Positions 20,329 through 28,847 of a stretch of DNA of 64,000 bases are shown one piece after another. The notes under the pieces are model-generated. The model did no database searches. It had not been told where the DNA came from and saw nothing but the letters and a program-made list of their open reading frames with translations. The translations under genes and the position numbers were made by a program. The DNA is from Minisyncoccota bacterium. Its GTDB lineage: Bacteria > Patescibacteriota > Minisyncoccia > Phycocordibacterales > Zambryskibacteraceae. The stretch covers positions 56-64,055 of the forward strand of contig DATDVZ010000003.1 in NCBI GenBank assembly GCA_036517475.1, in the 5' to 3' direction. The stretch's first letter is position 1, and each line of letters starts with the position of its first letter.

Positions 20329-20658
20329 ATGCGTCGTAAAAGGACAAGCAGGAAGTATCTTAACCCGAGGGCTTTAGAATTTTTGGAGAAGTTAGATAAA
20401 GCACTTGAGGCCAACCCTTTGCCCAAAAAGCGTTCAGTTTTCAAACTTGGAATCACAAGTTCAAAACCTAGGCGCTTGCAGATTGAAGGACACTGTGCCG
20501 CATGCACTTTGTCAAGAAAACCTCTCTGGGAGTATCCGACTCGTGGCAGTAACCTAGTAAGAATATGTTCGCGATGTTCAAGCAAGTTTCAAGAGCGCCG
20601 CGGCCAGCTTGATGCACTCTCTCGCGCACTTCCTGGTAGTTTTGGCTCACGTGGTTAG
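20329..20658 (+). CDS. Hypothetical basic protein with CxxC...CxxC
   Basis: CAAC/CSRC; GGAG before ATG 20329; downstream hairpin. Confidence 0.55.
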   Translation: MRRKRTSRKYLNPRALEFLEKLDKALEANPLPKKRSVFKLGITSSKPRRLQIEGHCAACTLSRKPLWEYPTRGSNLVRICSRCSSKFQERRGQLDALSRALPGSFGSRG

Positions 20659-20745
20659 CCGCAAAAAAATTGCGGCTTTTTTAATTTATAATAAGTGCAA
20701 AAAGTTTTGAAAATAGTTTAATTTATTGTATGTTATATGTCTCTT

Positions 20746-20834
20746 GGAGGGGTGCCGGAGCGGTCTAACGGAGCGGTTTGCTAAACCGTCGGGGCCTAAT
20801 ACGTCCCGCATGGGTTCAAATCCCATCCCCTCCG
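20746..20834 (+). tRNA. tRNA-Ser(GCT)
   Basis: Acceptor GGAGGGG/CCCCTCC, loop TTGCTAA, long variable arm, G73. Confidence 0.95.
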
Positions 20835-20894
20835 AAAATTAAGAGCGGAGTGATATAATTTTCGAGAGAAGCAAGCAAATTTATTTGCTAGCGT

Positions 20895-21140
20895 GAAGGG
20901 ATTTGAAGACCTTGAGCTTATCGCACGAGCGAAGTGAGTACGATGCGAAAGGTGTACAGAATCTGTAAGATTCAAATCCCATCCCCTCCGAAATGATCTG
21001 CGAAAAAGCCTGAATGGCTTTTGAGTAGAGTATCATTTTGAGAAGGGGTGGGATTTGAAAGCCGGAGCACGGCGGCGCGAGGCGGGGTCGAGGAAATTTT
21101 CAGCAGAAAATTATCCGTGACCAAATCCCATCCCCTTCGC
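20895..21140 (+). repeat. Two tandem elements with arms copied from tRNA-Ser 3' end
   Basis: GGGATTTGAA...TTCAAATCCCATCCCCTCCG (20898-20990) and GAAGGGGTGGGATTTG...CAAATCCCATCCCCTTC (21042-21138). Confidence 0.8.
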
Positions 21141-21191
21141 AAAGAAACAAAAACACTCGGTGCTTCCGTTGAAGATTTATTGAAATAATAT

Positions 21192-21749
21192 ATGTCCAAT
21201 AAACCATTAAAAACTTTGTTCATCTTTAACGGAATTTTTGTTTTTGCCGGAAGCTTACTAGGCCCCCTGTATGCTTTATATGTTGGAACTGTTGATAAAA
21301 ATATTCTTTCAGTTAGCATAACCTGGGCCTCCTTTTTTGTGGCGAGTTTTATTTTTACTATTATCGTCTCAAAAGTCGGGGATAAGATAAAAGAAAAAAG
21401 ATACTTACTAATGGCAGGATTTCTTGTGAGAGCAGTCGCTTGGTTTATGTTCATTTTTGCGGGCAATGTTTTTCACTTTGTTTTACTACAAACGCTTCTG
21501 GGCTTAGGGGAAGCTCTCGGAACTCCTACGTTTGATGCGATTTTCGCCGAACATTTAGATAGGGGTAAGCATATTAGAGAGTATGCAGACTGGAAACTAA
21601 TAGTAAATGGAACTACGGCTGTTGGAACAATAATAGGCGGACTAGTAGTTACAACTTTAGGTTTTAGCTGGCTATTCGCAGCTATGAGTGGGTTTGCGGT
21701 AGTTTCTTTCTTGGGTGTGTTGGTACAACCAAGAAAATTGCTATGGTAG
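21192..21749 (+). CDS. Half-size MFS-type transporter (about 6 TM)
   Basis: Motif A-like SKVGDKIKEKR; LLGLGEALG. Confidence 0.75.
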   Translation: MSNKPLKTLFIFNGIFVFAGSLLGPLYALYVGTVDKNILSVSITWASFFVASFIFTIIVSKVGDKIKEKRYLLMAGFLVRAVAWFMFIFAGNVFHFVLLQTLLGLGEALGTPTFDAIFAEHLDRGKHIREYADWKLIVNGTTAVGTIIGGLVVTTLGFSWLFAAMSGFAVVSFLGVLVQPRKLLW

Positions 21750-22010
21750 TTGTTAAGAATTTGCCGCCAACTCTATAGAAAAACTTTAAATTATTAATGA
21801 TTTTGGCTTCGCCTTTCATTTTACCCGCCCGCCTATTCCGAGTCCCGATTACGAAGCAATCGCGGACGAGGACATTATTCCGCTGTGCCCGTCTGTAGCT
21901 TTAGCGAAAGAGAGTTAGAGCTATTTCAAGAATACACCGAAATCAAAACTCATAGTTGAATCAATGATGACTGACTTATTTTTTAGTAATGCTAAAATAA
22001 CCTAATGAAT

Positions 22011-22205
22011 CCCATTAGAGATCAGTGGGTTGATTATTAAACATTCTGATAAATAACGAGAAAATTATCAAAATATAATTACATGGAGTTAACGGACGGA
22101 AGTGCTTGAAGTATAATCAATAAACTGGAGTCGGGAATTTATTTATTTAATTTTACATAGGAGGCGAAAACTTAATATGTTGAGGCACTTCCTATCTCTA
22201 ATGGG
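22011..22205 (+). mobile_element. CCCATTAGAG...CTCTAATGGG element, long copy 1
   Basis: TIRs; flanked by ATGAA direct repeat; highly similar to 22754-22946. Confidence 0.85.
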
Positions 22206-22562
22206 ATGAACCGAGAACAAATTCAAAATTTACTACTTAGAATCTCCTTAACTTTTTCTTTTTTCTATGTTGCGCAGGCCGCAATCCGAGACCCGCTTTC
22301 CTGGCTTTCATATGCTCCTCAGTTTGTTCAAAACGCATTCCCTGCTGAAACTCTGCTTTTTCTGCTTGCTGCTTTCCATATAATCATTGGACTTTGGGTT
22401 CTCTCCGGATGGAAAATCTTTGTGTCAACAAGTATAGCGGCGGCCTACCTTCTGGCTGTTGTTATATTCAATTTTACACAAATGGATATTTTATTTAGAG
22501 ATATTTCTCTGCTTCTTGTGGCCTTAGCTTTAGCTGTGGGAAACTACCGAGTTACTTATTAG
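22206..22562 (+). CDS. DoxX-like membrane protein
   Basis: LLLRISL, 4 TM, ILFRDISL. Confidence 0.7.
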   Translation: MNREQIQNLLLRISLTFSFFYVAQAAIRDPLSWLSYAPQFVQNAFPAETLLFLLAAFHIIIGLWVLSGWKIFVSTSIAAAYLLAVVIFNFTQMDILFRDISLLLVALALAVGNYRVTY

Positions 22563-22753
22563 GAATTCAAGGTTTACGATTCTTAAATCGTACCCCTTAA
22601 ATCATAAGTCTTGTTATTGTAATTTTTGATATAATTAGCATTCATTAGTAGATTCGTCCCGATCCCGACTTTTTGAGTCGTGGATCGAGGATCCTCGATT
22701 TCGTTAACGAAATCAGGATATTATTCGCAAATTAGTATATTAACTTTATGAAT

Positions 22754-22946
22754 CCCATTAGAGATTAATAGGTTGATTATTAAACATTCTGATAAATAAC
22801 TGGAAAATTATCAAAATAATAATATGGAGTTAACAAACGGAAGTGCTTGAAGTATAATCAATAAATTAGAGTCGAAAATTTATTTATTTAATTTTACATA
22901 GGAAGCGAAAACTTAATATGTTTAAGCACTTCCTATCTCTAACGGG
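22754..22946 (+). mobile_element. CCCATTAGAG...CTCTAACGGG element, long copy 2
   Basis: TIRs; flanked by ATGAA direct repeat. Confidence 0.85.
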
Positions 22947-23453
22947 ATGAACAAAACATTAACTTGGACAGTGATAATCGTAGTCGCCGCTGCCCTCATT
23001 TGGTTTCTTTTCGGCAATAAAGAAACCGAGGCGCCAACACAAATTCCAACCGCGAGCGAAGAAAATACCAACATGCCAGCCGCCGGTGAAAACAGCACTG
23101 AAACTTCTGTAACAGTTGAGGCTGGAGCAACTGTTAATACTTTGCCAAAAACCGCAACAATTACTTACACAGACTCCGGATTTACTCCCCAGACAGTTAC
23201 AATTGCAAATGGCGGTAAAGTTAATTGGGTTAATAAAAGTTCAAACAACATGTGGGTTGCCTCTGCTATGCATCCTTCACATAGTGTTTATAGCGGTACT
23301 ACCCTTTCGCAACATTGCCCCAATACTTCTGGTAGTGCTTTTGACGAATGCGCCAACGGCAACAGCTATGGTTTCACTTTTACAAAAACAGGTGAATGGA
23401 AATATCACAACCATTCACTTTCGAGCCACTTCGGCACAGTAATAGTTAAATAA
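22947..23453 (+). CDS. Membrane-anchored cupredoxin-fold protein
   Basis: TM anchor; FTPQTVTI..G.KVNWVN, ASAMHPSH, FTFTKTGEWKYHNH...GTVIVK. Confidence 0.75.
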   Translation: MNKTLTWTVIIVVAAALIWFLFGNKETEAPTQIPTASEENTNMPAAGENSTETSVTVEAGATVNTLPKTATITYTDSGFTPQTVTIANGGKVNWVNKSSNNMWVASAMHPSHSVYSGTTLSQHCPNTSGSAFDECANGNSYGFTFTKTGEWKYHNHSLSSHFGTVIVK

Positions 23454-23460
23454 TACTTGT

Positions 23461-23577
23461 CCCGTTAGAAGTCCCTTGCAATATCGCTAAAAAAATTGTA
23501 TGATATTACAATATGAATAGTTTTATAAATTTAATAAAGACCTCGTTATTGTTTTGCTGAGAGGACTTTCTAATGGG
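23461..23577 (+). mobile_element. CCCGTTAGAAG...TTTCTAATGGG element with internal promoter
   Basis: TIRs; internal TTGCAA-17-TATGAT; ends at ATG 23578. Confidence 0.8.
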
Positions 23578-24045
23578 ATGGAAACAGGAAATAAACAAAT
23601 TTTTACTGCTGCGATAGTTGTTATTCTTATATTGATAATTTATTTTGCGGCCACCAATAACACTGTTAATACTCCTGATCCAAAGGGTGGTGAAATTGAA
23701 ACTCCCGGTTCAGAGGCTACAAAACCCGCTCCGGTAGAAGAAGTAAAACAAGAAGTAAAATCTGCTCCGGCACCGACCCCAGCTGTTACAGTTAACTACA
23801 CTGATGCAGGTTATGTCACTTCTTTCAGTCCAAGTATTATTACAATTTACAAGGACCAGTCGGTTCTTTTTATTAACTTAACTAACTCTTCGATGCGGAT
23901 CACTTCTGATGAATATAAGGGTCTAGATCAGGAAGCTGCAGTATTAAAAGGAGGCACTTATCAATTTACTTTCAAGGAAAGAGGTAGGTGGAAATTCTAT
24001 AATGCTGTTAACCCCGCTAAAGTGGGAACAGTTATTGTTAAGTAA
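23578..24045 (+). CDS. Cupredoxin-fold paralog lacking His ligands
   Basis: FSPSIITI, FTFKERGRWKFYN...GTVIVK; start reassigned to the ATG after the element. Confidence 0.7.
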   Translation: METGNKQIFTAAIVVILILIIYFAATNNTVNTPDPKGGEIETPGSEATKPAPVEEVKQEVKSAPAPTPAVTVNYTDAGYVTSFSPSIITIYKDQSVLFINLTNSSMRITSDEYKGLDQEAAVLKGGTYQFTFKERGRWKFYNAVNPAKVGTVIVK

Positions 24046-24246
24046 AATACAAATATTAAAAGTTAATCACCCCACTTAAAAGCGATAGCATTTAAGTGGA
24101 GTTACTTTAAAAGGTTTAAAGTAGGAAAAATGACCTCTTCCCTTCACTCTCTGCGTGGTTTCCTGATAAATAAAAAAGAGCCGTCTTAAGCGGCTCTTTG
24201 CATGCGATCCATAATTTCAGCGAACGTATCTTACTTCATTGACAAC

Positions 24247-24269
24247 GTGTCAACCTTCCAGGTTGACAC
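24247..24269. repeat. REP-like palindrome CGTGTCAACCT...AGGTTGACACG
   Basis: Degenerate copy at about 46716-46742. Confidence 0.55.
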
Positions 24270-24323
24270 GGAATATTTCTATTTACCCTTTAAATTAGCC
24301 GTATTTTTTGATAGTATGAGCTG

Positions 24324-26477
24324 GTGAATATTAACTCTCCAATAAAAGAATCTTTCAGAACTTCAGAATACCAGGAGAAAGCTCTAAAAAAACTTGGGGT
24401 TAGGGCAATTGGTGACCTTCTATATCACTTCCCCACCCGTTATGGCAGTACAGCAGATATAAAAAATATTTCTGATTTAAATATTGGAGAAAACGCCGTA
24501 ATTTATGGAAAAATTTATAATTTAAAAACAAGTAAAGCCTGGCGCAAAAAAATTCCAATGGCAACAGCAATGTTGGCAGATGATACGGGGAAAATAAAAA
24601 TAGTCTGGTTCAATCAACCCTATTTAGCAAAGATGATCCCAGAGGGCTCAGTGGTACGCACAGAAGGCAGGGTTTCAGAAAGAAAGGGTGAAATCTATTT
24701 TTCCAATCCTAAAGTTGAGAAAGCCCCTAAAAAAGCAGACTCAGCTTATTCTTCTTTATTTGGTAATTCTTCTCTGAGACACACTCTTTATCCCGTATAT
24801 CCTGAATCTCGCGGCATTACTTCAAACTGGTTTTACTATTCAATCCAGAAACTATTTAAGGTAGGAATTTTAAATGAGGTAGTTGATCTAATACCCGAAG
24901 AAATACTAAAAAAATACAATTTACCTGATTTAAAAACTTCACTTATTTGGATTCATACACCTAAAAATGAAAATAACGCAAAGGCCGCACGCAAAAGGTT
25001 TGCATTTGAGGAAGTCTTTTTTATTCAACTGCAGAAACATCGCGACCGAAAAATTTGGCAAGAACATTCATCTTTTAAAATTAAAAAAGATATTAGGGAT
25101 ATTGAAGAATTTGTCAGTCGTTTTCCTTTTCCGCTAACAAATGCTCAAAAAAAATCAATTGAAGAAATCTTGAGAGATTTTGATAAAAATTATCCAATGT
25201 CTCGCCTTTTAGAAGGTGATGTCGGCAGCGGCAAGACAGCTGTCGCTGCCGCTGCCTCATATGCAGTAATTAACTCCAGACCTATGGGTCAGGATTTTGG
25301 CAATCTGCAGGTAGCTTATATGGCCCCAACAGAGATCTTGGCAGAACAGCACTTTCAATCATTCATTGAGTACTTTGCCTACACTGGAATACAAATTGGT
25401 CTTATTACCGGAAGCGGCTGCAAAAAATTTCCTTCGAAAGTCAATCCTAAAGGGGCAACTAACATCTCAAGAGCTCAATTCCTAAAATGGGTTTCAAACG
25501 GCGAAATACCCATTGTTATAGGCACACATACGCTAATACAAAAATCTGTTCAATTTAAACATTTGGCATTGGCAATAGTTGATGAGCAACATCGTTTTGG
25601 CACAGAACAAAGAAAAAAGTTTCGTGAGAAAGAGGGTAAAATTCCGCACCTGTTGAGTATGACAGCAACCCCGATCCCCAGAACACTCTCTCTAACTATT
25701 TATGGCGACCTGGATTTAAGTTTATTAGAAGAATTGCCAGCGGGTAGAAAATGGCCTGAAACCAAAATTGTCTTACCAAATGAAAGAAATTCTGTTTATG
25801 ATTTTATGCGAAATGAAATAAAATCCGGCCGGCAAGCATTTGTAATTTGTCCAAGGATTGATGAACCTGATCCGACAAAAGAATTAGCTCTTCAAGCTAA
25901 ATCTGCCAAGGAAGAGGCGAAGCGGCTTAAAAAAGAAATTTTTCCGGAGTTTGAAATTAGCGTCTTGCATAGCAAGATTAAGTCTGCGGAGAAGGAAAAA
26001 ATTATGGGCGAATTCAAGGATGGGAAAACAAAAATTTTGGTTGCAACTTCTGTGGTGGAAGTGGGGGTCAATGTACCAAATGCAACAATAATTATCATCG
26101 AGGGCGCAGAGCGTTTTGGTCTTGCCCAGCTTCATCAGCTTCGCGGCCGTGTTATGAGAAGCTCTTATCAGCCGTATTGTTTTATTTTTTCACAGTCAAA
26201 ATCAAAAACCTCGATTGAGCGACTCAAGGCGCTCAAAACCGCCAAAAGCGGTTTTGAGCTTGCTGAATTTGATTTATCTCAACGCGGAGCAGGAGAACTC
26301 GCCGGCGGAAAGCAGTGGGGCATAACTGACATAGGGATGGAGGCAATAAAAAATCTCAAAATGGTAGAAGCTGCCCGCCTTGAGGCGCAAAGAATCATTG
26401 AAAATGACCCAAAACTTTTAAAATTCCCCCAACTCAAAGAATGTCTAAAAGTAGAAAACAAAATCCACTTCGAGTAA
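24324..26477 (+). CDS. recG: ATP-dependent DNA helicase RecG
   Basis: GDVGSGKT, MAPTEILA, DEQH, TATPIPRTL, QLHQLRGRV. Confidence 0.96.
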   Translation: MNINSPIKESFRTSEYQEKALKKLGVRAIGDLLYHFPTRYGSTADIKNISDLNIGENAVIYGKIYNLKTSKAWRKKIPMATAMLADDTGKIKIVWFNQPYLAKMIPEGSVVRTEGRVSERKGEIYFSNPKVEKAPKKADSAYSSLFGNSSLRHTLYPVYPESRGITSNWFYYSIQKLFKVGILNEVVDLIPEEILKKYNLPDLKTSLIWIHTPKNENNAKAARKRFAFEEVFFIQLQKHRDRKIWQEHSSFKIKKDIRDIEEFVSRFPFPLTNAQKKSIEEILRDFDKNYPMSRLLEGDVGSGKTAVAAAASYAVINSRPMGQDFGNLQVAYMAPTEILAEQHFQSFIEYFAYTGIQIGLITGSGCKKFPSKVNPKGATNISRAQFLKWVSNGEIPIVIGTHTLIQKSVQFKHLALAIVDEQHRFGTEQRKKFREKEGKIPHLLSMTATPIPRTLSLTIYGDLDLSLLEELPAGRKWPETKIVLPNERNSVYDFMRNEIKSGRQAFVICPRIDEPDPTKELALQAKSAKEEAKRLKKEIFPEFEISVLHSKIKSAEKEKIMGEFKDGKTKILVATSVVEVGVNVPNATIIIIEGAERFGLAQLHQLRGRVMRSSYQPYCFIFSQSKSKTSIERLKALKTAKSGFELAEFDLSQRGAGELAGGKQWGITDIGMEAIKNLKMVEAARLEAQRIIENDPKLLKFPQLKECLKVENKIHFE

Positions 26478-26509
26478 AAATGTGTTTCTTAAGGTGTTTT
26501 CAATAAAAA

Positions 26510-27865
26510 TCAGGATGATAGAGGTAACTGCTGATTATAGTAAGCGCATTGCTCTACATCTGGTAACAGTTGGCTTTGTAACATCCATGTTGGTATAAAT
26601 GGTAACGATTGAGGATAGTATTGGAGCAGACTTGAATTTTGCGGCAATGAAGTATTAATATCATTTTTAATTTTGTTTTGTTCTGTTGAAGAAAGGGATG
26701 ACCAGCGCAGTGTGCTATTTATTACAGCTCTGGGATCAGTCGGGCCAAGATTAAAATTCAGAGCATTATTTTCATTTTGACATGTCACCAGAAACTGCCA
26801 TGGGTAACCGTTTGGGGGAAGCGGGGTTGGGGATTCATAAATCAGAGTTGATTGAAATGCAAACGAATATTGACCAGTATCGTTAAACAACCATTTGTAA
26901 CTAAAACCAATTATTGGATTTGCTTGAGATGTGGTTTGTGTGGTAGTGGATGTGGTGTTAATAATAGTAATATTTTGATTTACATTTGAACTTTTTCCCG
27001 TAGTCGAATCAGTACAGCTCATTGAGTACAGAACAGTACCGCTTGTTGGAAGAGGTAATGTGCCGTAGATAGATTGTGTAGTTACATTAGAGTTTCCGTA
27101 TAAACCGCCTGGGGTCGGTACGGCATGGAGATAAATACTTCCTCTAGATTGCCCCTGATTCCAGTAATTTCCCCCTGCTGGAAGCCCACTAAACGAGCAA
27201 GAAATACTGGGCGAAGCGGGTGTATCCCAAAATAGCCACAACCCAATTGTTGAATTCAGCATACTCAAGTCAACGGTTAAACCGCCATTGGCGTTAAAGG
27301 GATTAGTATAACTTACTCCCGATTGAACTGGGGCATAGAAGCCAATTGATGGTCCTTCGGTTGTTCCAATTGTAGCTCCTTGTCCACCACGAATGGTATT
27401 GACTCCGGCGCTAGACCCAATTACTGCCGTTCCCATACCTGTACCAGTCCCAGTTGTTCCTGAATACAATGCCTGATTTTGAAGACTGGTCAGTGAACTT
27501 GTGTATCCGCATTCAATGAGAATCTGTGTCGGAGCCGGAGTATTTACAACACTAGAATTATATAAAATTACCCCACCGCTCAATACTTTTCTAACTACAA
27601 CAATAAAAGAGCTATAATCGTAACAAGTAGCCGAATCTGATTGCGATGATAAATTAGTATTTGAGTTTAGACTTTGAGAAGATAATAAATTACCTTCAGT
27701 TTGGCTCTCAATATAAGCATTCAGTTGGTCTTGAAGTGCCGTGATTTGGGATTGAAGCGACAAGATCAAAGAATAAAAAGAATTAGTTTGTGTAATTTGG
27801 GCATAAGAAAAATGGGCAGAAAATAAAAATAAACCCAAAATAATAAAAATAAAAAATTTTTTCAT
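26510..27865 (-). CDS. Secreted Ser/Thr-rich surface protein
   Basis: Signal peptide, short coiled coil LQSQITALQDQL, Ig-like beta region. Confidence 0.7.
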   Translation of the reverse strand: MKKFFIFIILGLFLFSAHFSYAQITQTNSFYSLILSLQSQITALQDQLNAYIESQTEGNLLSSQSLNSNTNLSSQSDSATCYDYSSFIVVVRKVLSGGVILYNSSVVNTPAPTQILIECGYTSSLTSLQNQALYSGTTGTGTGMGTAVIGSSAGVNTIRGGQGATIGTTEGPSIGFYAPVQSGVSYTNPFNANGGLTVDLSMLNSTIGLWLFWDTPASPSISCSFSGLPAGGNYWNQGQSRGSIYLHAVPTPGGLYGNSNVTTQSIYGTLPLPTSGTVLYSMSCTDSTTGKSSNVNQNITIINTTSTTTQTTSQANPIIGFSYKWLFNDTGQYSFAFQSTLIYESPTPLPPNGYPWQFLVTCQNENNALNFNLGPTDPRAVINSTLRWSSLSSTEQNKIKNDINTSLPQNSSLLQYYPQSLPFIPTWMLQSQLLPDVEQCAYYNQQLPLSS

Positions 27866-28027
27866 TCTTTTAAATCAACAAACTAAAATATACTCATTTT
27901 AAGATATGACCTATTATAAACCACTTTAGGAATTACTCGAAATGGCTAAATTTACTAATGTCCGATTATTTCTTAAGTTCGTTAATTAGATTCTGAAGAG
28001 CTTGCAGCGCTGCAGCGACCAAACTTG

Positions 28028-28138
28028 GCCATACAACTTGAGGTGCAAAAAATTGTAGAAACAAACCCAACACTTTCAAAATATCCTTTACTTAAGGAAC
28101 AAGTAGAAAAAACAGAGAATCAAATTCATTTTGAATAA
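28028..28138 (+). pseudogene. Diverged duplicate of recG 3' end
   Basis: AIQLEVQKIVETNPTLSKYPLLKEQVEKTENQIHFE* vs RecG AARLEAQRIIENDPKLLKFPQLKECLKVENKIHFE*. Confidence 0.8.
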
Positions 28139-28192
28139 CTGAGATGTTGGACGTCTCAGAAAATCATCATAGCTTACAAAATGGGTGAAGTT

Positions 28193-28732
28193 TTAAAAAG
28201 ATTTTGCAAGCTCTAAATTTTCTTGGTGGTTTCTGAAAAATCTTTTAGCTATTCTTGCAAGATATTTTTCTTGAATGTCTACGTGCGTGTACAGATAGTA
28301 AATTAATTCCCCCATTACGAAAAATGGGGAATAAAAATCTTTAGCCCCATATAAATTGGCGACTGCGTATATTTCGGGCCAGAGTTTTTTATATAAATAT
28401 TTGAGCCGGAAAATTCTTGTTTGACTAGTAATAATATCTACGGAATCAATTTTCTGCCTTTGCAGTAATTTTTTAGTAAAGTTAATATTTTCAACTGATG
28501 TCACGGCGCGTCCTTCTAGAAGAAAAGGTGTGTGAATTTTACCTTCTAAAAACCTTCTGCCAATTTCTGCTTCGCTTTGGAATTTTTTTTTGGTTTTACC
28601 ACCAGTGATAACCAACAAATCATAATTGTTTTTTTGGCACATAAGTGCTGCCAATTTAAGCCGCTCCTCAAAAGCCGGATGAAGTTCTTTATCACTACTC
28701 GGCCGTTCGCCGTGAACAATTAAAATTCTCAT
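28193..28732 (-). CDS. YdcF/DUF218 family protein
   Basis: ITGGKT...SEAE, LLE..A.TSVEN, IITS. Confidence 0.8.
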   Translation of the reverse strand: MRILIVHGERPSSDKELHPAFEERLKLAALMCQKNNYDLLVITGGKTKKKFQSEAEIGRRFLEGKIHTPFLLEGRAVTSVENINFTKKLLQRQKIDSVDIITSQTRIFRLKYLYKKLWPEIYAVANLYGAKDFYSPFFVMGELIYYLYTHVDIQEKYLARIAKRFFRNHQENLELAKSF

Positions 28733-28847
28733 TCGGAGTAATTATTTACTCTGCTATTTTAGTAAATATTAGCTAAAATTACAGACTTCCTTTAATTACT
28801 GACCTAACACATTTTGCTGTGCGCTCGGAAGCGCGATCAAAAGTTAA

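Noticed and set aside
20972-21466. 164-aa minus-strand ORF
   Set aside because: Antisense shadow of the MFS-like gene and the tRNA-derived repeats.
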